Shown: positions 14,151 to 29,108, counted from the first letter of the stretch. The stretch: DNA of 64,000 bases from the human T2T-CHM13v2.0 reference genome, Homo sapiens (GCF_009914755.1 NC_060930.1), one strand, 5' to 3'. Translations and numbers: made by a program. Notes: generated from the sequence alone by a model not told the origin.

Positions 14151-17100
14151 GGCAAGTGACGGCTGCGGGCTTCGGTTCCGGTATAAACACTTGTTGAATT
14201 TCCCTCTCCTAGAGACCATGCAAACTACAGTCATGCATGGGGATGGTGGTATGGGAGCTAATACAATTGTGGTGTCACCAACAGGCCTTGGTAAGAAGAC
14301 CCCTAGATACTAAACTAATCTGCTAGAAATCAGACAAAGGGAAAATCTCACTGCATCTATTTCTAGGGGGTCTGGCAAAAGTTTAGAGATGAACAGCACA
14401 CAATGGATCCACCAGTCCTCTTCATGTTATCACATGCACTTCAAAAAATTACTTACTGACACCTTCATCAGGAACTTCCAGGTGCAAACTATAGGTAGAT
14501 CTCAGTACATAGCGAGTGCTAAGTAACTTTTCTGAATAAATGTTACATACAGGCTGTGCCTACTTCTTCTGTCCACTGAACACGCCACGTCCCTCCCAAC
14601 CTCCACTATCTCTGGAAAAGCCTCCACAAAGGAAGTTCCCACCCTCTGTGCCTCCACTGAACACTGGAACAAAACCAGTTTCCTTAGGTAAGTCCACGGT
14701 ATTTGCATGCAAGCATCATTATGGCTTATTTAGCTAACAAAACAAAAGATAGAGGGAAAAGATGTTCTAACTGACTGGGTCCCTACCTTTTAAGAAATTA
14801 GAAGTTACATGAGATGCAAACAAATACCTTTTTATTATAATAAGTCCATAGGACACTTCAGTGATAAAGCCATACGAAGGCAATGCAAGAAGGTGAAACG
14901 GAATGATATGCACGTTCAGGAGCACCACTGGCATCACTGCACACGTCAGGGTTATAAGAAGGTCTAGAGAAAAGCCCTTTCTCTCTCCCAACTTTCACTG
15001 TCCTTGCCCGCCCCACCACTGTCCTGCTGCTTGCCTGTGTCACATGAAACATATGAGAAAGAGAGCTGAGAATGGCCTTGCAGTTTCTGAAGTCTCTGAA
15101 TCAACACCAGAGACAGTTCAGCTGCTTTGGGGGCTTGCTTCCTGGTTGGGGGTTGAGACTGAAATTTCCCCAGGTGGAAGTCCTAACCTGGACCAGTGCC
15201 CCAGCCTCCTAACCAGACTTCCTGTCTCTAATCTCTCTTCTCATCCCCTAAACCACTCTAGTAGTCTCCAGAGCAACCTCATCACACTGCTGTCTTTCCT
15301 AACAGTCTTTAAAGGCTCCCATTACCTCCAGGACAGTCTCAACTCCACGGCAGGACCTAAGGGGCCCTGGGTGATCTGGCCCCACCTCCACCCTTGTCCC
15401 CACTGCATCCCACCTCCAGAGCATCCTATGACACCAGTGTGCTGAGTGTCCAATGCTTCACACCAGCTCATCTGTCTACAAAGGACGGACTATTCTATTG
15501 CCCTCCCATATCTCCTTCTTTCTCTGGCCTTATCTAGCATCCATCTATCCCTATTCTGAGCTAGGAGACCCCCCTCCATGTTCCCAAAGCATCCCCTCTA
15601 GTACACTACACTTACTGAGTGAGCACCACTGTGTGTGCTAGACCAGAAGACCCATATGGCAGCTCAACTGGGGTAGTCATCATCAAGTGACTGTACTTGC
15701 CTCCTTTTATCTATCTCCCTTATGAGATGGTAAATTCCTTGTGATTAAGCAATGTGTCCTTTTTCTCTGTGTTCCCAGCATCTAGAATGATGGTTCACAC
15801 AAAAGCACTGCTTAATCAACATTTGCAGAACAAGGGGCAAGAGGTCAAAACCAGCTCAGTTCAGACTCACGTCCCTTAGGCCATGTGAGCAGCAACCCAA
15901 CTGGTAGGGCTGAGAAACCAACAACATTGGTCAAGTTACACTTAGCTATGACACAGCTGCAGGCTAAAGGCATGGTAAGTGGTCAGTGAAAATCTGGCGA
16001 GGCCATAGTTGTCATGCCTGAAGTTATCTGGACCCAGGAAATGCAGGGAAGAGTAGCTGAGAAGTGTCACATTCTCTTCTTTCTGAAGCTCCAAAAATGA
16101 GCACAGTAGAGAGAGTTGTATCAACAAATATGTTAGCTGGCTTGAATTTCAATTTCAGCGTTTTGTACAGAGTAGGTGTATGTGCTGAATGATTATAAAT
16201 AAAATAAAACTCAATGGCCAAATGGTTGAATAGTGTTGAATGTAGATATTTCCCAGGCTGGGCAAAGAATGACAGAAATGTTTCTTTTACATTTCTCGGG
16301 TAATAAAATGTACTATGCAGCAGACCAACTTTGCTTTTTACTTCAGCGCTATAAAACTGTAGCTTTCCAGAAATTTCTGCGGATGAATCAGTCTGGATAG
16401 CCAAATTCTCCATATTGCCACAGATTTAGTTTTGAAACTTCAACATTGTTCATTATGGATGGCAATCTTAAAGTCTCAAAGCCAAACCCAGATTCCTTTC
16501 CAATATACAGATTTTCTCCTTCTCCACCATGGGTTCTGCTAAGACATATTTCATGCCAACCCCAAATTTGTGCTAGAATCTGGTTTCAACTCAAATAATA
16601 AATGAAACCAAGATTAGAAGTGAGCCCACTAACCTAATGGAGCACAATGTTTGCCTAGCTACTACTCCTAAATCTATAGGATTGGGGAAAGGTGCCTCTC
16701 TCCTTCTCCTCCCAATTTCTGACTCACAATTTGAGTTTTATACACATTTTCCAGTCCTGTTCTACATGTCCATGTTAAGAAGGCACAACCAGGCCGCCGG
16801 ACATTTGACACATCCATGAAGCAGGTGAGCCCCAGAGAGGTGAAGGGCCTTGCATGGGCCACAAGGCTATTTAATGGAAGAATCCAGGCACCTGTCCTCG
16901 CCCCTTTCACTGCACGCTTCCCTGCTGCAGGCCCTCCATTGGCACCAGCCATAATTCATTCCTCAAGAACCCTGAAAGAAGGGCACACGTTCCAGCCATC
17001 ATAACCAAACCAGAACCCTGCTATTCTTTTAAAAAATCAACTACCACCTGTTCCTTTCTACTTCAACATTCCTCCTCCAGTCACAAAATCCATACAAACA

Positions 17101-17847
17101 AGTTATTCCTTGCCTGTTGAGGTCACAAGTTGATCAAGTACAAAGTTGGACTACAAACTAAAAACACAGTCTCAACTCCAAAACCATGGGTCTGAAAAGT
17201 TCCAATTCTGCTCTAAGTTCTGAGGAATTCTTCTCAGCCGGAAACCAGGCATTGTGAGGCTCGCCCTGTGATTTCCTGCAGGACTCCAGGAATTGCTGGA
17301 GGGAAAGCCTGTTCATCCTGGGATTGCTCCTCCAGGTCAGGAGCTCCCAGACTGCTCTTAACCTTCATGAAAGGAGCTGATAAATAATTATGTAAATTCT
17401 GTCTCTATCCTTTGTCTTGAGGTAGGTACGTCCTTCTCCCTCTCCAATAGCCACAGACGTCTTCATAACAGTGCTGGGCCCCTCAACAGCCTCTTTTTAA
17501 AAGTCTCTATAAAAAGAAAAATTAAATACCCTCTAAGACAGAATATCTACACTTATATAATAAAGATGAAGGAACAAACTGATTAAACTAACAATACTCT
17601 GTCCCTGCAAAATTCAGGGGCTTTATTAAGAAGTCCTCTTTCCATTTCAAAGGCAGGGCAACTGAGGCTCAGACAGCTCTGTCCTTCCCACCAGAGGTAC
17701 AATCATCAGCTCCACCAACCCAAAAAAGACATTAGAGATCATGTTTGGGTTTGATGTTTAAAGTCTTAAGAAACCATATGGAAGAGTTCTCCTAACTCCA
17801 GCCAGGGTTTCAATCAATACAGGCCAGCACCTTGATCTTCAGAACTA

Positions 17848-18189
<342 letters not shown>

Positions 18190-21067
18190 CTATGGCATTT
18201 TTGTCATAGCAGCCCAAACAGACTGCCTTTATGCAATAACGTATGTATAAGGGTACAAACTGTGCCTCACAAGGTATCTAAAAGTGACCACCACTCTTCT
18301 GCTTGAATACTAACCACACTACACCCAGGGCATTAGTTCTTAATTTAATAAACCACCCTTTCCATCAACAGCAATGGCTCGAGGTTGAGGCCCAATAGTT
18401 TGAGGACACACCTGCCACTCACATCAAGTTTAAGACCTGACTCCTATCCACAAATAATCTATCAGCTTTAAGCTACCATACTAAGACCTCTTTGAGAAGA
18501 GGGACCCCACCTATTCATCTCTGCATTCCCAGAGCTCAGCACAGGCCCAGAACAGGCACTTAAGCACTCAATAAAAAGCTGCCAAATAAATGAGCAAAGC
18601 ACTCAATTTCAAGACTTCTACACAAATATTGGCATTCAAATATTGGAATTCAAATTCACTAGAATTCCAGTGGGCAGAGCTGTAGAAGACCACCAGAGAT
18701 GAGTCAGAAGACTTGGATTCTAGCCCCCGTTTTGCCAAAAATTCACTCTACTATCCTGGGCAAATCTCCCAGCCAATGAGGGTCTTATTTTGTTTTTCTG
18801 TAAACACAGTAGAAGACTTCTTAGGTTTCCCTCTAAGATCTTAAACTTATAAAATACAAAGCAAAGATGTGCCCTTGAGCTACAGCTACAATGTTAACTT
18901 GATGATAAGGGCAGTAAAAATATAACAGCCAGAGTCATCTTTTCTTACACAGATGCTAGGTAGCAGCAGGCAGTAACTTTACTAGCAGGTAAAGCTCCTG
19001 TGTGTTTGCTTATGTTCACACGTTTGGGTCACTCCCTGTAGTCTCTTTCAGGGAGATGCAAATTTCAATAATTGTTCCAGGCAGAAAAGCCTCCAAGTGG
19101 AACAAAGACCTACAGACATTACTTCCAGGTAATAAACAGATTCCACTCAGACAAAGAAAAATAAAGCAGCCGGTGGCTACATTCCACAGACACCCCATTT
19201 GTGGAAGCATTGGGGCTGAGCTCTAAATGTGAGCCAGACGTTGCTGAGTTCTTATTTTGGCTCCGACTCTAACTTGGAGTGGATGGTCCTTGGCCAAGTC
19301 TGTGCTCTAGAAGCCAGGCTCTGGATGAGTATGGCAACCCCCATAAACCATCCCGATTACAGGGTGAGGCGAGTGAAGCATTTCACAGATGTAAAGTGCT
19401 GCCAGCCCCTCCAGACAAATGAGGAAAGCCGTCACGAGGCAACGTGGCTTGGTGGAGAGCCACAGAGCAGCCCCTCTCCTAACCTTGGGCTCCTACAAAC
19501 TCACCAGAGGCCTCAGAGATCTGCCCCAATCCTCCCTGCCCACCACCCCCCCCCCCACACGCACACACACTCTGCCTCCATTTCCCCTGCTGAAAAGCAA
19601 GGACTTTTTGCAAGAGTTACTTGCAAAGCTCTTTAAACCACACAGTTAACTCACAATGTTAACCAGCTGCGACCAAGTTAGGTGTCGTTCTCCTCTACTA
19701 TGGGACATCTGAGACAGTAGAGGTATACCAAGTCTAAGTAATAGAATGTATAAAAGATAAAGGTCTGTTTGTGAGATAAGAAGGGCTGTTCAGGAACCAT
19801 GTTAGTACTTTTACTGTTTCCCCCCCACCCCTTTCTTTAACCATTAGGTACCAATGGATACCAGATACACAGAGCTGGATAAAAAGGTTAAGAGATACTA
19901 TCAGTAAAGTTTCCCACCAAAGCCTGCTAATAGCGCTCTCGCTGATTAGAAAGCACTTCTGTCATTTGGGAACTCTAATCCGCTCTTATCAACCCTCTGG
20001 CTTTGCCATTTATAAGGGTAGGAATGAGAGGTACATCAGCTATGCCACAGAGTGATTTCTGGGGCCCCTGCCCATGAAGAAGCAGATCAAAAAGGAGCTC
20101 ATGCCTGCCAGAGTGAAGCTTTCACCATAGCAACACATGTTATTCTACAAACAGTCGGGACTAAGGCACTCTGTTGTGACCGGTCCGGACAGCGCCCTCG
20201 AGAAACGAGTGACTGAGGGTTCAGACAACAGAGCAGGCAAGAGAAAAGTGATACCTATTTAACTTGCAGGGCAGTCTCCCTGTGGTTTTTACTTCTCCAC
20301 AAAGTTAATAGTGGCAGCCCTAAGACCCTCCAGTACCCACGGACTGTGTTCTAATAAGATAGATGTCAAAGAGAAAACAGGTGTTCTCCATGGAGCAGCT
20401 GCACCACCAGGCTCCCTGGGGAAAAGAAGTTCTGGGGTAGAGAGATTGGTCTGTTTGGAGATTAGATGGCTAGCAGTGGAGAACTTGGGGGAAAAGTCTC
20501 CATCTCAAAACATATCATCTCTAAAATGAAATACAGCCAAGATGCTCAATGAGCCACCTGAGGATGAAACGTGGACTCCCAGACCCACCAATGAAGTCAG
20601 TACCAATAGTCATCCGTGTACTTGTTGAGACCATTAAGTGCCCATGTGCCAGGTACAGTGCTGGGTATTTTTACACATATTAGCCTTCACTGGGTAGTTA
20701 GGGTTAAAATGTCATTAACCAATCAATGTCACTCTTCTGGATATCACATTTGTGCCAAGGAAAGAAACAGGAAAAATCAGTATGCCCTTACATCCCATAG
20801 GATAGGATTACACTTGAGGCTTGACCAGTAGAAAATCTAGCTCCAAATTTCTGCTCTGTTGCTCATATCATGGAGACATCTGTACAGAAATCCAACCACA
20901 GAACAAGAGCGCTCAAGAGAGTACGTGACCCTCCTTGGTTTCCTCTGTCTAACTTCTCTAGAACACCATGGATAGACTAAGTAAAAGGCTAAAAGGGAGA
21001 TGCATAAAGTTAGGAACTAGAAAAGCTGGCAAAGGAACTTCTTCGAAAGTGCATTAGAAGTTAGTCA

Positions 21068-21432
<365 letters not shown>

Positions 21433-24400
21433 TTATGATGCTGCTAACATTCACAGACAGGACCCGCAGCCACATTTCAGGTTATGATGCCTACAGGTAT
21501 GTCTGGGAGGATATGAACCAGTGCCATGGAAGCCATGTACTAGCAGGTGGTGACACAATGGGCTCCCATTGTATATGCTACAAACATTTCACCCTGACAA
21601 GTCAATCAGTGTCAGGAGCAGGGAAGAAGGTGGTTCCTGAAGAAAAGGTAAATCTGCCAAATCTGCCTCTAAAACAATCAAAAAGCAAAAACCAGCCATC
21701 ACCAAGAACTCCTCTGGGTCCCTCAACCTTTAAGTCATCACAGACGAAAAAGAAACCAAACCTACAAATGATAGGCTCAGAATTGTGGAAACATTTCTTT
21801 GCAGCTTTAGAGCCTGTAAATGAGCTTAAAAAAAAAGTTTCAGTCCTGAACTGACATTTTAAAGGTAGTATATAAATTGCTTCCTCTCTCTTCGGTGCAC
21901 CCCCTTTTTCCTCATTCTCCATTCGCTAATCAAAGACTTTTCCTCTTCCCCTGCCTGTTTCAATTTGAAACGTGGCACAGAACAGGACACTGGAAGGAGA
22001 AGGGAAGGTGGAGGGGGAGGAGGCTACTTTCAAATCTGATACACATACCCCCCAGCCAGCTGTCCACACCCTGGTTGATGGTCAGGCCAGACTCCACCTA
22101 AGACAGGACTGAAGGACCAAAGAGTTGAGTAGAAAACTCCCCCTGTGCCACCTCTCCCAAAAGCAGACTTAACGGTGGAAAGGAAGGAGGGGGAAAATAA
22201 AGTTCCACATTCCTGACATTTTTTAGCCAAGTGCTGTGGCTGCACAGAGCAGCTTCTCTATTCCAAGCAGCCTGTAGGACTGGGAGAAAACCTGGGTTCA
22301 GGGGGGAAAAGCTGCCCCCTGCCTTCGAAACAGGATGGCTCAACACTAAACCAAAATTGGGGTAGCAATAGGGGTGAGTGGTGAGGGGAGAGACAGCCTT
22401 TCATATGTGTTCCCAAAAGGAAATTATCCCAAGGGAAAGAATTTAGAGTCATCATCTCCCTGGGGACAGAGAACTAAAGCCCTGGGGTCCCTAACGGGGA
22501 AACAGAAGCCCCCTGAATGCAGAAGAGGTGACCAGTGAGTGGGGGAAAGAGCAACGCAGGGATGCAATGCAGACACAAGGGCTGTGGCTGCCTGGCGCGT
22601 GGGCTGATGGGGGAGAGGGACCCAGCCCATTGGCAGAGGCACGACAGAGGTCCCCAGAAGGAGGAATGGCCAAGAGAGTCGCTCTTTGTGGGAAGAATTA
22701 TAATTGAGTTTTCCTGGCTCAGCTTCCGAATGAAGGAATCCTAGCCAGGGCCAAGTCAGAACCCCAAAAGCCTATGTCCTCTCACCCCTTTCTCCCATTC
22801 CCCTTGCACCTCTTCCTGCCGTCACTTCTAGGAAAAGGGTGGTGAGTCCCCAGTTGCACCTACCATCGCACCATATGCATCCCTACATACCCACACATGC
22901 ACACCACACACTTCCAGAGAGAAACCCAGAAGATCCTAAGTGATATCCAGCCAGTCCTGTGCTTGGTTATGAGGCGTCTCCCCAGGCTTTACTCTGAGTG
23001 TGAAGATGCCCACATTTGTTTCTCTGTGGTACCTACAGTATCCAGGACGCTTCTGCTCTCATTTGATAGAGGCAGCAGTTCCAAACTCCCCCTCCCCACC
23101 CCCAGGAATACTTATCTCTGTGGAGAGTTAGTTAGTCGGTGGGTAAAGACAGTGAGGCCCCCACCATGTGCCCAGCACAGAAGAACACAAGACCTTCTTA
23201 CTGGAGGCTTAGGGCAAAGCCCTCTTTCTCCCAGAGAAGCACAGACTGATGATCTCACAAAGTACCTCCAAAAGAAGGAGACACCTGCCCTGTAGGTCCT
23301 GTAGGTTCAAGGTGCTATGGGAAGAAGTGATGGGCTTGGCAGGAAAAGGGGGCCTGCAGGCATTTCAACCAGGGGCCTTGCTACACTCCCCAATACAAGC
23401 CTAAGGGGGAGGAAGAGTAGTTTTGTTTGTTGTTTTTCTCGTCTTGGGCCTTTCTCTTTCACCAGATACTGGAAGTAACAGCTCTTAACACCTTTCAACT
23501 TTTAGAGTGGCAGGTTTAATGCACAGGACTTTCCATAAGACTAGAGACCCAGGGAAGGAGGTAGGTACCAAACTCAAATGCTGGCAGCCCTTTCTGAGCA
23601 AAGATAAAACAGGGAGGGCCACAAACCCTAACAAATGCTAGAAATATGACGGAGAGAGCCACAGGCTATGCGAGAAACTTCGTCGCTGCAGCCTGTGGCT
23701 TTGAGGTTTACAGCTGTCACGTGTATCTTTCCAGCCACACCCTCCAAGGCTGGGGACACGCACTTGGAGGCCTCTTAGAATGGAGGACAGCAAACAGACA
23801 GCAGAGAATGCGCTGGGCAAAGGAAATTCTGTTATTTTGTTAAGCTATTATTATGATAAATAATCACAGGGCTCCAGGCGCAAGAGACTTTTTCATGTTG
23901 GTAGGAGATGTTATGGCTTTTGTTGCTGATATGATCTCAGTTAAACCTTACAACCACCCTGTGACGAAGACCAGTTTTATGAACGTCTTTAATGATGGGG
24001 AAACTGAGGCTGCAGTCAGTTTTCAGTCAGACTAGTCACAGAACAGGGACTGAGACACACGGATATGACTCTGTGTGACACCACACACTTCCAGGGGAGA
24101 ACCCAGAACAAGGTGGAGCAAGCCCGACCCAATATACCACTAGAGAGAGCTGTGAGAGGGAGAGGAAGGAGAGAGGGACTGAACTAAAGGAGCACTATCA
24201 AAAAGTGGAGTGGAGACCCCAGTCCTAGCACCACCGTTTATTTCCTACAGACCCTAAAGCTCAGCCACGGACACATTCATTCATCCAACCGACTTGGCCA
24301 CCACAAGAACGTTCCCAGCTTGAGGGCAGCTTCGCCAGCCAATTAGGGCCCTTGTCATTCGTAGAGATACAGGGAACCCGAGACAGAGGGACAGGGAAGG

Positions 24401-25149
24401 AAATTTAGCCAGGCAAGCCATCCTCCATCTCCAAGGAAGTTTGTAAATGATCACAGCTTCCTAACCCAACCGTGAGAATGCAATAAGCAAGCTGACGCAG
24501 AAGGGAGGACAAGGAGTCTCAGGAACCAGAGGAGACCACGGTGAGAGTGAGGGGAATGTCGCTCACATATCTCACTTCTGAGACAAGATATACCGCAACA
24601 AACCCATGCCAAGCTTCCTCCAGTTCTTCCCACTTTTGAATATCACATTTTTCTTGCTCTGCAAGAGTAGGGAATCCTTCCCATCAGTCTTGTGAATTCT
24701 GACCCCTTGCTGGCTTTCTACAACTCCCTGCCTGGGAGGCCGACACCAGGACATTGCTGTTGGGGGTGGGATCCCCATCCTCTGCCCCCCACTCCTACAC
24801 TATAAGAGAATCAACTTTCCCCAAAAAGTGGAGGGTATCCCTGTCTCTCTTCTTGTCTCTGTAAAGGGGGTGAAGCTCTGGGTCGCCGCAGATGGATCTA
24901 AAGGGACAGTTCACGGAGTGGTAAAGGATATCCAAAAATTGGCCTTCTAGAGCACAGCAAAAAAGTGGGAGCGAGACGAGAGCAGAAGGCCACTGCTGGG
25001 ATGGGGCCAGGGCCACACGTGAACATCCGAGCACGTTCCAGAGCTGAGATGCAAAACACCCAGAAAATCACATAGGAAGTGGAAAAGGTTCTGGGTCTCT
25101 CCCACTGGAAAAGCCCAGAAGAGCTAGTGGCCACCCCTTGGGGCAAGAG

Positions 25150-26340
25150 GGGGTTGTGCAATGACTGCGGGTCTGGGAGTCTCTGGGCTTGGCTCCTGGA
25201 CGCCAGAAAGGGAACCCCACGCGTCAAGCCATGGTGGCAGCGCGGCGGTTGGTTCGAGGCCAGGCTGGGGTTTCAGGGCTGCAGACAGAGCTGCAGGATA
25301 CGATGAGTGCCCAAGGGGGCGGCAGAGCATGGCATGGCTGGCACGGCGCGGAGCTGGGGGTGCTGTCTGGGCTGGCCGGGGTACAGGCCGGAGGGGTACA
25401 GTGCACAAAGCCGGGGTGCAGATAACGTACACGGCAGCCAGGAGCCTCCGATCAGAGGAGGGCCCGCTGACCTGCAGGGGTGTGCCGGGCGGTGCACGAC
25501 AGGGGGCACTGTCCCTCCAGCTCCCTCCTCCCCAGGCTCTCACCTCGAACATAAGCCCGATGAGGACGCAGAGCACCAGGCAGAAGCCGATGTCCGCATG
25601 GTTGTGGATGACGAACTCCTGGCTGAAGAGCGGGTAACTTTTCGTCCTCCTGCGGAAAGCCATGGCAGCGGGCGCGCAGCGGCCGGCGGGGCCCGCACCC
25701 TGCGCTCACGAACCGCAGCGCAAACTTCTCCAGCACCGGCCCGGTCCGCCCGCCGGCCCGCCGCCCGCTCTCCCACAGCCGCTCGCCCGCCCAGCGCGGA
25801 ACAACTTCGGGGCCCGCCCCCTTCCTCCGCCCGCCCCCGCCGCCCGTAACCGCCCCCGGCCGCAGCCCCCGCCCAGCCCCCGCCCAGCCCGCGGCCCGCA
25901 CTCGGCGCGCCTGGCCCCGCCCCCCGCGGGCTTAACCCTCTAGCCGCTGGGCACGCGCGGGCTACCGGGGCGGAGGCGTACGGGGGCGGCGAGCGGGGCT
26001 CGGCTCCTCCTCGTCCCGCGCCAGCGCCGCGCCCGGCCGCATTCTCGGGGCCCGAGGCTCAGCCGCTCGCGGTGGAGAAAGCAGGCCGCGGAGGAGGCGG
26101 GCGCCCAGGCCTGCCCGGACAGGAAGTGGGCCCAGCTTTCCCACTCCTCGCTCCGCTCCTTCCTCCGCGGGAAGGGCAGGCCCCGGAGGCAGCGAGCGCC
26201 CCGGGGGTGGCCGGGCAGCCGGATGCTCCCGGGGTTGCGGGCTGTGGCCCCGGGGGCTGAGGGCGGCGCGGGTGCGGCGGAAGCAGGGAAGCCGCGAACC
26301 GGCCTTCTGGCTGGCCACAGCGCCCTGCACGGACGATCAG
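25150..26340. promoter_or_regulatory. CpG island / TATA-less, probably bidirectional promoter of TRAM2 and TRAM2-AS1
   Basis: Very high GC and CpG density against a CpG-depleted background. Multiple GC boxes (CCCGCCCC/GGGCGG) at 25810-25980 and an ETS-type CAGGAAGTG near 26120. It spans exon 1 and its 5' UTR. Confidence 0.93.
25544..25663 (-). CDS. TRAM2: TRAM2 (translocating chain-associated membrane protein 2) coding exon 1, aa 1-40
   Basis: Translation MAFRRRTKSYPLFSQEFVIHNHADIGFCLVLCVLIGLMFE matches the TRAM2 N-terminus as I recall it. Strong Kozak GCCATGG, in-frame upstream TGA at 25708-25706, and the exon ends at a phase-0 donor GAG|GTGAGA (25544/25543). Confidence 0.97.
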
Positions 26341-27211
26341 TGAATGGAGATTACTCAAGTATTTATCGAGAACTTGCAGTGGGCTAGGCACAGTTCAGGT
26401 AGATCAACAAACCGAAAGACCCTGCCCTAGGGGAGCTTTCGCTCCAATGCGGGGAGAGGGTGGATGATTGCAGTTTTGCCCAGTAATTTTTGGGACCCTC
26501 ATGCCACCATTAATTAGCTACACACATTTCACCGAAAGTCTACCTTACATATTAATCAGAAGAAGTGGAAGAATAAACACAGAAGAAGCAAAAAAGGAAG
26601 GAACTTTCTCACTGAAAGTTTCTATTTAATATTAAGTCTTAAAAGTACTCCTGGAAGGACAAAAGGTGTTCTTAATAAATTATATTCGCAAATATTGGAT
26701 TTAATCCTACCAGTAATGAAGCAGTCAGTTACTTTCTAGATGTGCAGAAATACGTAATGAACAAAAAAAACTAATTCCTATTCCATTTTTTATTAGGTCC
26801 ACAGTTATTTCACTTCTAAATAAATATGGTTTTTTAAAAGTGGCACGCGGTGGAATGTAATTGAGACAGGATGGAGTTCCTAGAGAAATTTTACTTCCTC
26901 AATCTGCACTCCACCTTACTTAAAATACAGTCTTGGGTCTGTAATTCCCTTATCTGACTCTCAAGGAAATGACAAAGTAATGCCTAGATTGGACTAAACC
27001 TCATTTAACTTCAAGGCTGACCTTTCTCAAAGTTGAACCTTCGTCTTGTGAGGAACAGAAAGATCAAGAACTCTGAAGCACCTCGACTTTCCACCTGTGA
27101 AGATGTGTTCAAATTTGCAACGTGCGGCCACACCTATGAGGTTGAACTTTATACAATTGGTTTCTTTATAGGTTTAGATGGTTGAATTTAAGTTACCCCC
27201 ACTGCTATTAT

Positions 27212-27722
27212 TATTATTTTGAGACAGAGTCTTAACTCTGTTGCCCAGGCAGGAGTGCAGTGGCGAGATCTGGACTCACTGCAACCTCTGCCTCCTGGCT
27301 TCAAGCAATTCTCATGCTTCAGCCTGTAGCTGGAACTACAGGTATGTGCCACCACACCTGGCTAATTTTCGTATTTTTTAGTAGAGGTGGGGGTTTCACC
27401 ATGTTGACCAGGCTGGTCTCGAACTCCTGACCGCAAGTGATCCGCCATTTTTTGAGACGGATTCTCTGTTGCCCAAGCTGGAGTGCAGTGACGCCATCTC
27501 GGCTCACTGGAACCTCCTCCTTCCAGGTTCAAGCAATTCTCCTGCCTCAGCCTCCTGAGTAGCTGAGATTACAGGTGCCCTCCACCCCCTGCTAATTTTT
27601 GTATTTTTAGTAGAGACAGGGTTTCACCATGTTGGCCAGGCTAGTGTTGAACTCCTGATCTTCAGTGATCCACCCGTCTTGGCCTCCCAAAGTGCTGAGA
27701 TTACAGGCCACTGCACCCAGCC
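27212..27722 (-). mobile_element. Two tandem AluS (27212-27446 is 5'-truncated; 27447-27722)
   Basis: Two Alu bodies joined at TCCGCC|ATTTTTTGAGACGG. Confidence 0.9.
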
Positions 27723-27764
27723 TTTTGCTACACATTTATACTAAACTATATTATGGGGCAGCAC

Positions 27765-27940
27765 AGTAGGTTTGTTTACACCAGCATCACCAGAAACACG
27801 TGGTTAATGCATTGCGCTACAATGTTACAGTGGCTACGACATCACTATGTGATAGGAAATTTTCAGCTCCATTAAGATCTTATGAAACAACTGTTTTATA
27901 TGTTGTTTGACCTGAATATCATTACGTGGCATATGGGTAT
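27765..27940 (+). mobile_element. Tigger3/Golem-type TcMar DNA transposon terminal fragment
   Basis: GTAGGTTTGTTTACACCAGCATCACC...GATAGGAAATTTTCAGCTCCATT matches the recalled Tigger3 end. Confidence 0.75.
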
Positions 27941-28470
27941 ATGTCCTCCAGTTTTTCAACATTCCTTCCTTCAAAAAGAGGCAATTCGTTCCCCCACCTT
28001 GAGTGTGGGCTGGACTTAGTGGCTCACTCCTAATAAATAGAAGGTAGCATAAGTGATGGTATGTGACTTCCAAGACTAGGCCAGAAGAGGCATTTGAGGG
28101 TTTCTGCTTTCTTTCTCTCAGGTCACTCCCTCTGGAGGAAACCAGCTGCCACTTTGTGAGGATACTCATAGTCCTGTGGAGGCATATCCTCCATATGGCT
28201 GAGACCTCCTGCGAACAACCATCACTGACTTGCCAGACATGAGTGTGCCACCTTGGAAGCAGATTTTCCAGCCCCAGTTAAGCCTTCAGATGACATCAGC
28301 CCCTGCTAATCTCTTGACTACAACCTCATGAGAGACCCTGAGCCAGAACTAGCCAGGTAAGCCACTCCTGAATTCCTGACCCACTGCACCTGGGAGAGAA
28401 TAAATATTTGCTGTTTTAAACCACTAAATTTTATTGTAATTTGTTATACAGCAAGAGATAGCTAATACAC
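27941..28470 (+). mobile_element. MaLR solo LTR (MLT1E/F-like)
   Basis: CTTGAGTGTGGGCTGGACTTAGTG, CCAGCCCCAGTTAAGCCTTCAGATGAC, AATAAA at about 28399, and an end GCTAATACA, all typical of MLT1. Confidence 0.8.
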
Positions 28471-28700
28471 ACTGCTAAAGCTTACAATCTTTTAGAATTG
28501 ACTGAGACATCATTACAATTCAGTGTGATGATGGTGACTCTAAGAACAACCTGAAATATGCACACTCTGAGTACAAGGAAAAGGTAACCTAATTCTCTCT
28601 GGGGTGTAAGGGAGGAGGTCATTTGGGCTGGGCCTTTACCTGACAAATGGTACTGACAGAGAATGCAGAAAAGGAGTGATAGATGAATTTGGAGAGTTAA

Positions 28701-29108
<408 letters not shown>

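Noticed and set aside
25124-25543. Continuation of the 179-aa minus-strand ORF beyond ...LMFE
   Set aside because: Read-through into the GC-rich intron past a canonical GT donor; similarity to TRAM2 stops at the donor.
25161-26391. Many overlapping Pro/Arg/Gly/Ala-rich ORFs on both strands
   Set aside because: Expected from stop-codon scarcity in a CpG island; no recognisable domain.
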